Source: Amoebophrya sp. A120 (Eukaryota > Protista > Dinoflagellata). From it: DNA of 64,000 nt. Under the pieces are notes generated by a model. It was given only the letters and a program-made list of their open reading frames with translations. It had not been told where the DNA came from and searched no databases. The stretch spans positions 4,893,709 to 4,957,708 of the forward strand of contig CAJINV010000002.1 of NCBI GenBank assembly GCA_905178155.1, written 5' to 3'. Positions 26,701 to 39,100 of this stretch are shown here, piece after piece (the first letter of the stretch is position 1; every line of letters starts with the position of its first letter). The position numbers were made by a program, and so were the translations under genes.

Positions 26701-29700
26701 TGTTCATCGCCATCTTATGCTCCCCCACGGCGTCCAGAATCTGCGACCTGCTCCGACCAGCCGCGGCTTGCTCGTGCGCCTCTCGGGACAGGAATTTGTT
26801 GCTGGCTTTCAACAAACCCGCCATCTCCTGCTCCATTTCCGCGACGGTACCCCGCGGCGTGGTGTTTCGGGAGCCAGAGGAGGAGGACAGGAGTAGCGGC
26901 ACGTCTTCCGACAGGCCTTCCACTGCTTCGCCGGAACCTTTCAACGGCCGCTGCATCTTCTATCCTGCGTAAAAACGTACCCACACCATAGTTGTCATGC
27001 TACTCTGCATGCTTAAAATGTTTCTCATGCGGAGCCCCATGAGAAGCATTTTCTAATGCGGATTGGAAATCTGTAATGCGCCAATCAGCATGAGATGCTA
27101 GATCTGTAATGCTGCTTAGCTAGCTCAAACAGCACTACACTAATGTCATGCGAAACAGCCAAAGCTTATGGATTTGTCTAGCGGATTTCCCATCTTGACT
27201 CTGGTGTGGGGACATTTTTACTCAGGATATCTTCCGAGACTTCGCCAGAAGAGCTGCATTGGAAGATTTATTCCGTTCTTCCTGCCGCGGCTCCAGCATG
27301 GCTTTGGATGCACGCAGTGACTTCTTCACATGCGCAGCAGCAGCTGCACTGTCCGCCTGCTCGACGTAGTTGTCACGTTCCTTAATACGACCACCCTGCT
27401 CGCTATCATCTCCGAAAAACCGACTTCGCTGCGCAAACTCGTCGTCCTTTGCATCCATTTTGTACCCCAGACCATTCTCTGCCCGCCACGGAACCCGGTC
27501 GATGGACGCCGGAAGGGTGTACTCGAACAACTTCTGATGTCTGTGGTCTACTGCTCCGTTTTTATCGGACGAGGCTGATGCTGTTGTCCGCACCACCTGC
27601 TTCACTTCCCCGAACTTCCCCGTTCGGTACTTATGACAGTGCACAACTCCCCCTCCCCCTCATTTGTGTTGCATGAACAGCAACACAAGCCACAGCAGAA
27701 AAGGGGCTTTCGCATGGCAAATCTGCATGCGGATTGTAGTACCATTGGAAGTTCCAAAATTTGTCATGCTAACGGTGCTTACGAGCAAGGTGAGAATTTG
27801 GTATGTTGCATGACAAATGAGGGGGAGGGGGACTTGTGCACTCTCATAGTACTTATACGCGTTGTACTGCACCTCCATGTGTCAAATACAAATATGTCTG
27901 GGTCTGGAAGGATGCGAATTTGTGATGCATGTTGCGGATCATACAAAAATCTCTGTGTTGCATGGCTTACAAAAAGTGCTCACTTCTGGTCATGCTGAGA
28001 GGGCATTTCTCATGCAGAACAAGCATCACAAAGGGGCTGCGTATCCTGTAATGCTAGGCCCTGCATTCCAGACTTGGCGGAGTTTGGAAAAACTGCATGA
28101 CAAATCTCAGAACATTCCAGACCCAGACATATTCGCGTTTGATACCATGTGCGCTTTGTTGTACCCGACGTCGACGGGTAGCTTGTTTAACATCTCCTCC
28201 TTGGTGATGAACATTTTCGGTGTGTACGCCGCTTTCCGTTCGCGGTTGATTTCGTCGAAATCGGACAGCCGATTCCTGGGATCCGGGTAGTAAAACAATT
28301 CTGGCTTAATGAAAGAACTACCCGCCTGCTGACTATGAAGATGCGCTCCTCCATGCAGCTGTCGCAATCGCGTGGCGTGCCGCGTCTTCACACCGGAAAC
28401 ATTCACGAATCGTTGGTTGTGTTTCGCGTGGCCCAAATGTTGGCTGTAGGGATCGAGTTTGTTCTTCTGTTCCGCGGACAAAACGTGCTGCTTGTAGATG
28501 ATCGTGAAGGTGTCGGGAGTCTTCTGCCCGGTTGCCAAGGACTTCGTTCCGATACTGGGGATGCGATGCTATCCTGAGTAAAAACGTACCCACACCAGAG
28601 TCAGGATGGGGATTTTGCAACACAAACCTAGGAGTTTTGTGAGTCACACATGACAAGCTGCACTATGCAGTGTAGTGCAGGTTAGCAAGTGCAGCCGCAT
28701 CAGAGATTCATGTGCTCATCCTGTTCACAGCATCACAAATTCCAAAACACGACTGAAAATGGCTCACATGGGGACGCGCATTACAAGTCTCCCTGTCTTT
28801 GCAAATCTGCATTACAACTCTGGTGTGGGTACGTTTTTACTCAGGATAGATGCACCAAAATCTTCTCGATGTCGGAAATGCGGCACACCGGGTAGATCCG
28901 CTATGGATTGTAAAAATGTCTGGGTCTAGAAGAATGCAAGTTTTGTGATGCAGGTTTTCCATGACCCATGAGGTCTGGAATGCGAGACCCAGCATGACAG
29001 ATTTTTTGAGGTCTCTATCATGCCTTTCCTGCGTGAGAAACTCCCTCTCAACTTGGTCAAAAGCGGACAGCTTTTGGTACTCACGCAGCACAGATTTTTG
29101 CATCATTCAGACTTAGCATGACAAGTTCTAACCTTCCAGACCCAGACATTTTTGCATTTGATATCCGCAACTTCTCCTCGATTTTCGACTGGTTTTGGTC
29201 TGACCCACCGACGAGCCCCGCGTTTCCCGCGGAAGAAGCGGAAGAGTCAACGTAGAACAGAAACTCCTTGTTGAGCAGAAAAGTTATGACGTCGCACTTT
29301 TCGTTATTGACCAATAACGATCCGAGAAACAAAAACTCGTTATCCATCACGTAGCTCGACCCGTATTTGTTAAAGCCAATCGATTCCGCCGCGGATCTGG
29401 TGAAATTCCACTTACTCATAGCGCCGGATTGCTGCTTCAAATTGTTGAACGCGGTGTCAGATGATACGGTTGCAGAGCTTGAGCCTGAGGGAGGTGATTT
29501 CACGATACTCTTCTGGAAATCAAACTGTTCCTTATTCACGCTTCTTTCGCTGCCGAACTTCTTCCGGCCTGTTGGTTTCTTCTCGTCTTTGTCGTACTTC
29601 CGCTCCCAGTGGTTCTTCCAGTACTTGTTTAAATGGTGTTTGTCGTCGGAAAGGAAATCTCTTTGAAACAACTCCGCGGTAGTTTTCCCGGCGGGCGTTT

Positions 29701-29992
29701 GGTTCATGTTGTGCTTTGCTTGTTTAAACTGCTTTTCCTTATCCTGTTTTTTCTTTAGCGACTCGATTTCGCCGGAAAAGGTAGAAGATGAGTTTTTACC
29801 CGTCTTATTGTTCGAGATCACGGGTTGGAACAGCTCCTGGTAGGGGGTCTCCTTGAAATACTGCGAGCCGGTGCGCTTGATTCCACCGAAAAACAGGTTT
29901 GAGGTGGATTTTTGTCGGCTGTTGTTATCCGCAGCTGGTTCTTGTGAATCTACTTGCGCATCCGCGCAATACTCCGAAAAACCGGGGAGCAT
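11736..29992 (-). CDS. Giant (~4674 aa) protein with several PH-like segments, 15 introner introns
   Basis: Removing 15 elements plus one 5-bp DR each leaves 14025 nt (4675 codons) and joins the ORFs at 29992, 28538, 27644, 26956, 24186, 20797, 19158, 17208, 15397 and 12200 in frame. PH-like segments include VLRGYLRIRL...RKYCVLHPSMGLLWYKSQE...GNVNL and FYVLDSHGLTMYADSTKKMPIARY. Confidence 0.8.
12301..12606. mobile_element. Introner family D (TIR TATTRCARTGAAAA.TRCCCC.ACCC)
   Basis: 306 bp, degenerate DR cctct/cttcc. Removal joins HREE|ASRER. Confidence 0.88.
15206..15457. mobile_element. Introner family B (TIR TATCAAATGYAAAAATGTCTGGGTCTGGAA)
   Basis: 252 bp, DR gtaga/gtaga. Removal joins YGST|SQFP. 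Confidence 0.92.
17210..17531. mobile_element. Introner family A
   Basis: 322 bp, DR acaac/acaac. Interior is inverted relative to the 5190 copy. Confidence 0.92.
17627..17878. mobile_element. Introner family B
   Basis: 252 bp, DR actgg/actgg. Confidence 0.92.
17932..18236. mobile_element. Introner family D
   Basis: 305 bp, DR tggtc/tggtc. Inverted relative to the 12301 copy. Confidence 0.92.
19172..19433. mobile_element. Introner family B
   Basis: 262 bp, DR gtgcg/gtgcg. Confidence 0.92.
19502..19809. mobile_element. Introner family H (long TIR TATGGARGCGTCAGGATT..AATCG)
   Basis: 308 bp, imperfect TIR of ~55 bp, DR tgtgg/tgtgg. Removal joins QRNH|TQWAE. Confidence 0.9.
20892..21213. mobile_element. 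Introner family A
   Basis: 322 bp, DR cgagg/cgagg. Confidence 0.92.
21292..21543. mobile_element. Introner family B
   Basis: 252 bp, DR tctgt/tctgt. Closely similar to the 17627 copy. Confidence 0.92.
24218..24501. mobile_element. Introner family C
   Basis: 284 bp, DR tctcc/tctcc. Confidence 0.92.
26961..27229. mobile_element. Introner family C
   Basis: 269 bp, DR tcttc/tcttc. Confidence 0.92.
27632..27848. mobile_element. Introner family G (TIR TATGA.AGTGCACAA.TCCCCCTCCCCCTCATTTGT)
   Basis: 217 bp, DR gtact/gtact. Removal joins AYKY|RTGK. Confidence 0.9.
27880..28144. mobile_element. Introner family B (left end TGT instead of TAT)
   Basis: 265 bp, DR ccatg/ccatg. Confidence 0.9.
28570..28848. 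mobile_element. Introner family C
   Basis: 279 bp, DR gatgc/gatgc. Closely similar to the 5606 copy. Confidence 0.92.
28902..29163. mobile_element. Introner family B
   Basis: 262 bp, DR tccgc/tccgc. Confidence 0.92.
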
Positions 29993-31196
29993 CTTGTAGG
30001 TTAAATTTGAAATAAAAGAGAGCGGGGATTTGCAGTGCGGTGTGATGAGTTGGCCAAAAGAAAGGGTAACTTAACTAGTCGTAAAAAAGCTTGGTGAAAG
30101 TCACGACGTTGCACTGGGGTTTTGAAAAATGAGGCAGGCCAAAGGATAATTAATGCTCGTCATCCTGCGACGAAATCATTTCGGACGCACTGCCGACAGT
30201 ACGACGGACGTTTCATTCATATTTCGCACGACAATGGATCTTGGCAGGGAAGTGAACGACAAATTACGAACGCGGACACAAACACGGGATGAGGAGAAAT
30301 TTCCAGTACGAAAGTTGAACTAGCACGAACTGAAAGTGAATAAAGTCGCACGATTTGTATACGATTGTACGAGGAAACGGAGCGAAAGCGCACTACTACT
30401 TTGCACAAAAATTACACACATTGACACCCACACAAGAACAGCTCAATCTGTACTATCTATGGCTTCTTTGCGCCGGCAGAAACTACAAGCACTGTATGGA
30501 TTTCTCGTGCGTCATTTGTTTTTGCATTTTTTGATCAACATTTCAGTTTGGTGAAATGGAAAATATTTGGAAAAAGGTAAACAAGTGTAAGTTTCATGGT
30601 GTATCAATATTCTCGTGGTGTTGGTGTCTGTGGTATGACAAGTCTTCTGTATTCTACAAAGCGTGCTTATTGAAAATATATCGAAGTGGAACTTCACCAC
30701 TGGACAACATGACAACTATGCTTGTATCCGCGAATCTCATCTTGACGACGAGAGCTGCCATGTGAGAACACCTCCACGAAAGGACAACAGCTCTGTATGG
30801 TATGGTATGGGCGTGCGTGGCGAGTAGCGTAGCACCTAATCATTGTGCCTAGTACGACTACTTGTACCCGACTCGGGTGGTGTTACGCACCTCCGCCAAA
30901 GTATCATGTATTGCCTCGCTTTATGTTGTAAAACTAAATGATGAAAGTGTAGTACAACGGCAGCTCTATTTTTTGTAGTTCTTGACAACGATATCAATCC
31001 GAATCCGATCTATTAGACATCAATGCATTCTGGGTTGTTCTTGTTCCAAAGGTCGAAACAGTAGCTGGGTAGTAGAGTCTTTCAAGAATTTGTAGTCTAG
31101 TACAAGTATTTTTTTCTAGTGCACAACATAATCCACGCCTAAAATTGCTTCTATTTACAGTGCCCTGCACGACGCCAACGCCAAGTAGAACTCGTG

Positions 31197-34100
31197 TCAT
31201 ACCCGATAAATTGGCCCCCTTCGGGCCCACGGAAAACCATGATTATTTCGCGGTTTTTCCCGACGTGTGAGAAATTGATTGTCCTGATCCGGAATTTCTA
31301 CTTCATCCTGCAACCCCGCAAACAATTCGTCCTCGGTATCGATTTCTTTGCAATTCTCGACTTTCAATGGCTTCTCCTTGTTCTCCTCGTCAACATCGTC
31401 TCCAAAGTGTAAATCCAAAGCGGAACTACAAACGCTGCGATTTCTGCTGTTGTTGTTGTTGTTTTTCCTCGACGCCGGAGCTGCAACGGTGGAAGTGGAA
31501 CGTTTATCCGAGAACATCGTTATTTCCTCCTCATCATCCTCGACACCTTTCGCTGCTGGCGGTAATTCGAAAGAAATCAACTCGTCCGCTGTTGCAGCGG
31601 AGCTAAGGGTATCAAATGCAAATATGTCTGGGTCAGAGGCAAGGAAGGGAATAGTAAGCACAGTGTACTGCGGTCCACAGGATGACAAGTTTTTCCGTGG
31701 TTCAGAGTTGCGTATTCCGCATGTCATGAGAAACTGCGTTTTTGCATGACAGAAGGGAGGACCTCTTCGCGGGAGCGCAGTACAGAGTTCAGAGTCATGT
31801 CAGACTAGCATGACAAATCTCGCAATCTCCCAGACCCAGACAACATGTTTGCATTTGATAAAGGGTTCCGCCACTGCTTCGCGTGCGGCCGGAGGTTGTG
31901 TGTGTGGCCACGGAACAGGAGTCGGCAGCATCGGGCAAAAACCGGGCGGAGCAGCAAGAAAGGGGGGATTCTCTGTTGGAATCGGGACAGTCTAACCAGG
32001 ATGAAAATGCGTCATCCTCCAGCTTGTCGTCCTTGATTTCTTCGTCGATCACGTTTTTCATTTTTTCCTCCTGCTCCGAAAAAGTCTCCTCGTCTAGCCA
32101 GTCCTGCAGCAAATTGTCGCAATCGTGCAACAGCCGGTTCCTCGCCGATTCCATCGCGGAATAGGCGACCTGATTCTGCTTCGCCTGCTGCTCTGGATTT
32201 AGTTCCAATGTTCTCGTCAAGGAGGCAGGTGTCAGGTTACTAGTAGCGCTAGTATAGCTTGTAGTTCTTCTCTTATTGCTGTCTTCATCATCTTCCTGCG
32301 CGATCTTCAGAAACAGCTTCTTCGCAGTGCTATCCAGTGGCACCGCGACCAGCCCAGCGTGCGGGACATCATCATCTTCACGGGTAGTAGTAGAAGAAAA
32401 AGTGGCTTTCTTCACATAATGTTGCGGTGTGCTGCTGTGAAGATGATGTCGGTTGTGTAAAAGCTTGGAGCTCCTGCCATTCATGTCGTAGTTGCTGTCG
32501 ATTTTCTCTGCTGTGCCATGAAACTGTTCCTCGGCCAGAGCTCCAGGCGATTCGGTGGCGAAGCACTTCAGCATCAGACACCGGTTGTGTCTCAATTCGA
32601 TGTCACGCTGGCGCGCTTGCCCCTTGTAACTCTTCCACCAAGCGCGCTCGAGTTTGTTCTGCCTGCAGATTTCGGAGGACGTCAGGAGGGATTTTCGTTT
32701 CTTCTTTTCGGGAAAAATCGTTGCAAAGTGCTTGCTGTTCTGCTCGCACTCTTTTGCAATCGGAAGCACGAGCGCGGAATCCGACGAAGATCCGGGTCTG
32801 GTGCAATTGCGTGCACAAGAACTATTTGTGGCCGCGGAGTTATGATCAAGATCCCCGCCATCAGCAACAGCTGTGGTGGCGGTTGATGTCGCCGGCAATG
32901 CACCAGCACTACCAGCAGGAATAGTAGACATACCATCCCGATAATCACCGTAGGAGAACGTGCTGACTTGCAACGTTGTATTCTTTTTGTGCTTCATCAT
33001 GTCCTTGGATATCCACACCGGGTCGAAGCAACTGAATTGCTCCCCGTCCTCCCACCAATTGTATCGTAAAGAAAAATCCCCCCTCCCCATATTGAAAACG
33101 TATCCGGCTGAAAATTTGTGATGCGCATTTGTGACCTCAAATCCTGTCTGTCTTGCAAGAAGGCAAGTCCAGAGAGCGCCCCGCATTTTGCAGGCGGTTT
33201 GTGATGCTGTTGGGCTTAGAGCATACACGTTTGCTATGCTAGGCGCCTACGTCAAAACCTCTCGACTGAGGCTTGACATATGCCTGCTGTCCTCTACTGC
33301 AAGACAGACCTGATTTGTGTACGCAAATCCAGCATCAGAAACTTCCTTTTGATATGGGGAGGGGGGATTTTTCTCTTCGATAAATTGGGCTCCTTTTCGT
33401 TGATTTCGAGAAATTTTCGCCACGTTTCGTCCAACCGCAACCTTCCGACCAGCCCGTCGCTGTAGTGGATGACAAAACTCATGTTCTCCAGCTCCCGGGC
33501 CTTCAAACGCTCCGCCTGGCAGTGCAGCGCCTGCTTCAAATCCTCGTGGAAAGCGCACCGGTCAAAGGGGGCGGCGAGAAGAGGACTCAGGTTGGATTTT
33601 ATCGAAGATCTTGTTTCTGCTATTCCGGTTGGCGTGGTGCTGTCGTCCGTCGCATGTTGACCCTCGTGGTCTCCACCACGACCGGGAGGAAGTACAGCTC
33701 GAAGTTGTTGTTCGCCGAAAATTTTAGACATTTTGCTTTTCTCTTCGTGTGTCGCGACTGTGTGCCGTAACACGCTATCGAGGATGTCCAAATCCTGTCG
33801 CAATTCCACCGGAATATCGCCGGTCCAAGAATCCAGCAGACCAAGCCTGATGCCCATCAGCAAATCGCTTTTTCTAGACTGGATGAATTCTTGCTTTTGC
33901 CCTTCGTGGAGCAGCGACAAGTAGCACTTTTTGTTTTTTGCTTTTTCAGGGTCCGGTGGTGGTGCAACTACATCTTCAAGTTGCTCTGGTACTTGCTGCT
34001 TTTGTTGGCAAAAGGAGCTCTTCTGCTGGCTAAGAAACTCGAGATCCGCCGGATTACAAGCTTGCTGCCTCTGGAAAGTAGTTGTTGACACAGTTGTACT

Positions 34101-35231
34101 ATTGTTCAGTCCAAAAAGGTCCTCGTCCTCGGGAGACGGTCTATGTACGCCAGGAAGTGTTGTGCCGTGTGTGTTGGCACCACCACGACCATCCTCCAGA
34201 GTAGAACCACGACGAGAAGAAGTTGATGTGGTTGATGCCTCTACCTGCAAAGCACTCCTGCTTGTGGAGGATACAATGGTCGGCGCCAACAGCTCTCCAA
34301 AAACCCCGTTCCACAAGGCACGCCCGCTCATCTTTTTCTCGTCCGTGGTGCTCGTGCCGCTGCTCTGAATACTACTAAACGCAAGAAGTCCATTTTTATC
34401 TTCCTTCGCATGCTGCACAACTCCGTCGCCTGCGCCCTGCTTTCGTACTTTGTGCCCGTCTAGCCGAAGGCTGGCCATCAACTGCGGCAGATCATGTACT
34501 TGTTGTTTCGCAGCTATTGTGCTTGTTGTATGATCGACGTCAAGATGATCCTGCTGCACGACAAATGTAGAAGTAGTACCGCTTTGCGGTTGCTGGTGTT
34601 GACCTCGATGACCCTGACTGGTTTGGTATCTCTCTTCCTTTTCCCTCCCGAGCAACAGCGGCATTTTTTTCCGTGTCATCTTGTTCTGGCCCTTCTTGCT
34701 GCTGCTATTTTGGCCGTCTCCAAGAACATGTGCTGGCCCTTGTTGCCCGTGAAGACTAGGCTGCTGCTGGTCCTGATCGTGCTGGTCCTGCAATTGCATC
34801 TGCCCCCAAAAGCTTACGTCCCTGCAACTTGGCTGCTGGAACGGGATATTAGGGCTTTTGTTGTAGTTGTTTCCTTTGTTCCCCCTTCGCCAGTTCTTGT
34901 TTTTTCTTCTATCTCTTCGGGTTTGAGCGTTTCTCTCCATCTCTGGCGGTTGGGAAGGCTGTTGCTGCGGTTGCTGCTCGTGTGCTGCGAGTGGATTTTT
35001 CGGATGCAGGTATCCGCCCGGCAGAGTTGTCAGCGATTTGCTTTTTTCGTGGTCGTGCTGTCTCGCAGCAGAAATTCTTGTGTTCTGCTTGTCTTGTGGC
35101 TGCGGTCGCTGAGAAGCAAAACCGGTGCCGCGCGTTGCCATCGATCCGCTAACCTGTTGCGACGACAGGCAGAGGCAAAGGAGAAGCGCTGATGGCAGCA
35201 TTGATACAAACATTGAAATAAGCAAAAACAT
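31197..35231 (-). CDS. Hypothetical protein (~1150 aa) with N-terminal hydrophobic segment, 2 introners
   Basis: Exons 35231-33388, 33061-31866 and 31609-31197 (3453 nt, in frame). No recognisable domain. Confidence 0.7.
31610..31860. mobile_element. Introner family B (variant interior)
   Basis: 251 bp, DR aaggg/aaggg. Interior is related to the 41479 copy. Confidence 0.9.
33062..33382. mobile_element. Introner family A
   Basis: 321 bp, DR aattg/aattg. Nearly identical to the 52924 copy. Confidence 0.92.
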
Positions 35232-36140
35232 ATTGTTGAAAAAATCAGATCAAAAAAATGAAGATGAATGAGTCTCCGTATCAGGGTGGAAAGACAAGAA
35301 AGTGATGGTCACATGAAAACAGCTACGCGAGTTTTATTTGTAAGCAAAGCGATTGATCATGATCAAACAAAGCGAAACAAATGCGGACTGGTGACACAAC
35401 TTTGCCAAAGAGCAGTAGGTACTTTGTAAAGGAAACACAACGTTGTTCTTGCGCAAAAGGAGGGAGCCATGACCCTTAGAGGAATGGAGGAACAAAAACG
35501 CCACGTCGCGTGCGGAATTACGTTAAAAGAAATTTTGATCGATCCGCTGCTCGACGCATCATTGCGAACATTTGTAAAGAAAGGCTGTTGCGTGAGCGCA
35601 AGCGCTAGCGGGTCGTGACCTGCTGAGCACTGCTCGATGGAATTATTGTATCTATGTCGAAACGCGCTATCCTTCTAGCCCCTAAAAAATGATGCGAAAC
35701 ATCGCGATGTCTTTCTTGCAGGCAAAAAAGTTTACTGCAGCAAAAAGTTTATACTCATCTCGTCAATGATGTAACCGACCTCTACTTCACAAATTTCGGT
35801 ATTTCATTCTGCTAGATGTGATCGTCATCCTAAATTCTGCTATTTCTGCTATTGCTGAAAATGTTACTGTAGTGGAATGGAAGTGGAACTGCACCACGCT
35901 ACTATTCTGATTATTGACCTTCCTTTTTTTCTACTTCATACTTTGTTTGAGGTTATCTTCGTACTATTGACTCTGTTGTATTGTATGTGAGTAAGTACCA
36001 CCGTTGAAAACTCTTGAACAAAAAGTTAGTATGCCTACTGTGTGTACAGCATGTTGAATCATGTTGAGCTTCTACTAGTGCTAGTTTTAGAATCGCAAAA
36101 TTTAGAAACAACTTTGTACAGATAGGAGAAAGACAAAACT

Positions 36141-39100
36141 TCAAGAATCCTCTGTGTCTCGACTTCCACGAATAGGCACGCTGACCATCAGGCTCCGCTC
36201 ACTGCTCCCGCCCAAGCTGCTTGCCGGCTTGTCGTTCCGCTCAGGTGGTTGCTGCACCTGGTGCAATTGTTGTGCAGCAAACCCGGGTTCTTGCAGGTGT
36301 GGCTGCGGCTGTGCCGTCTGCATCATTTTTCCCTGCGCTAGCAACAGCGCTTCCATCTGTTTCTGCATCACCAGTTCCAATTTTGATTCCAGCATTTGCT
36401 CCATTTTCCCGAGTAATTCTTCCTCCTTCCTCCGTGCTCTATCATCTTCCACCTTTTTTCTGTCCTCCGCAACCACCCGCGGCGTCCCCGGGGACGAAAT
36501 ATCGTCTTCATCCCCTTCGCCCGTCCTCACCGACAATTCCCCTGTGGAAAACACTCCGGAAGACCGACGCGAAACAGCCGCGTTTGTCTCGATCTTCATG
36601 TGATCGTCATGATGTCCCCGCGCAGCACGATGGTCTTCGTGATGATGTTGTCCACGACCTCCATGCTGTCGTCCACTATTGATACCTATCTGCGTTGTTT
36701 CGTTTAAATAGAAGTTGACGAAATCCACGGAGTCCGCGCGCCGGATTTTCGCTATGGACTCCTCGGACTTGGTACCGGTGCCGGACTCCTCGCCGTTGTT
36801 GCTGTACTCCTTACTGGTCGAGGAGCGAGACTGACTCGTTAGCTTCGTAGTATCGCCAACATTATCCTCTTTCTCGTTCATTTGTTCCTCCAGCTGATGC
36901 TTGTCATCGTCAACCACGGCAGCGTCCCCGGAAACCCCGTGCTCCAGGCCTATTTCAAAGTCCTCCTGGTCGTCCTTTCGAATCTCCTTGCTAGCCCGCG
37001 GAGACACGCGGAGTTTTGACGGGATGCGCGGGATCAGATTCTTCATCAAAGAGTTCGCAATAGTGCCAGAAGAAGAGGTCGCCGGCTTTGTATTGCTCGT
37101 GTTGCTCGAGGGAGTGGTTCTACTGCTAGCCGCTACAACCGGGGCTGCTGCTTTGTTCATCCCTAACCCCGTTCCTGTCACATCCACGTGTTGAATCTCC
37201 TTGATAACCTTGGAAATCGTTGGGCCCTTGCTTCTGCCCGTAAAATTATCTACCCCGCTGTAGTTGTTTTCCTGAGAGCTCGAAGATCTGTCTCCTTCGT
37301 TCGTGTTGCCGGAAATGTTCCCTTCGATCTTGTTCCCTTTATCAAAATGCAGGGAGCCAAAGAGCCCTTTTGCGCCCACAGGATTATGGTTTTTCGCATT
37401 CTCCATCTTTTCCAACATCCCCGGCAGCTTGTCTTGCAACTGCTGCAATTGGTTTTGAAACGCCGCTTCGGTTCCCCCCGTGATTTCAAAAATGTCGTTG
37501 TCAGATTTTTGATTGCCCGGGGAAGGGATGGGATTTGCTGCTTCAGTCAGTTGTACAGTACTTGTTGCTTCTGTTTCGATTTTGAGCGGCCCAGTATTTG
37601 ATGTTGGCCGCAAATTGTTTACAACGCCCTTGTCGTTGTGGTCCTCCGGAGATGAAGCATTAGCATTATTTCCAGTACTATCCAACAGTAGCACATTCGC
37701 GACCTCGGGGACACTGCAAGTGGGCGACACCACTGGCGCATCGGTGAACACAGAATGCTGTTCTTGAAAGGTATGGTTGTTTCGTTCAGGGCTGACAGGT
37801 GCTGGTGTAGGTGCACCTTGCTGCACTAAAACACTTGGGCTGATGGGGGAGGTGTTCATCCTGTACGGATCCGTCAGTAAAGGTGCTGGACCAGGTCGTG
37901 TGACAAGTGTGTTGGTCTGCAGCCTCTCCTCCTGTTTAATATTAACCATAACCTCGACATTATTTTCGCTTTTAATATTTTCCGCAAGCAACTTGTTGTG
38001 CACGACCTGCTGCGCTGATCCACCTCCTGCTGCCGAAAACAAGCCCTTCCCGTAACTCGCGCCGGAATCCGGACTGTCGGGGCTGCGGGAGCGGCTCAAA
38101 ATGTCGCGAAGCGCGTTTAGCGGACTGGTTCTAGAGGTTGTTGTGGTTGGCTTCGTCCTCGTCTCCTTCTCCCTGCTATCCTTGCTCCTACTTTGACCGC
38201 CGCTGTGGAGGTGGTCCTTTTTGTGATTTTTGTCCCTACTCGTCGTGCCAGACGAGGACGACTTTTTCTTGTTCGAGCTACTAGTCCCAGAATTCTTCGT
38301 GAAAACATTGTCAAACATATCCTGTGCAAAAGTATCGCACTCGTACTAATCGCAATCTTGCATGACAAACCGACCTTTTTACCCGAATTAGCATTACAAG
38401 TTTCATTTTTCTTTCTGATAAAATTTGTAAATGCAATTTATACTAGTACGATACTTTTGCAATGCATAAAACGATTCCACTAACGACTTCCTCTTCTTCC
38501 CATCTTTACTCCTGCTGTGCGGATCGTATCGCGACGAAAAATCCCCCCTCCCCATACTCGTGATGCTGATTTGTGACCACAAATCAGCTTTGTATTGCAT
38601 ATGAGGCCAATGGGAGCCATATCCTGCCTTCGAGAGCAAATCTGTCATGCGCTTTTACCTACTGCAAACCTGTCTATCGTGCCTAGCTGCTAGCCTTTTG
38701 CATATTACCCAAGCAGGCACTAAAAGTGACTTCACGCCCTTGATGCCGCAATACAAAGCTCATTTGTGTACAGAAATCCAGCAACACAAATTCCCTTTTT
38801 TACATGGGGTGGGTTTTTTTTTCACATTGATAGATCGTCCGAATTCGTCACCAACTGCGGGTTGCTCCCCCCTAAAACCTTCTTAATCTTCTCCCGCATC
38901 AGTTCCCGCTGTTCCGGAAACTCAGCGAGGATCGTGTTGAAAGCCGACGCGGACAATATCGCGAGCGTGCAGTACACCTGCGCCCGCACCCAAGCCGTTC
39001 TGCGACGAGGTGTTTTGTAGAGCAAAGCAAACTCCCCGAAGTAGTCGTGTTCGCGTAGCGTTTTGATGACGGACAGGTCCTTTGCTCGCAAAACCTGACA

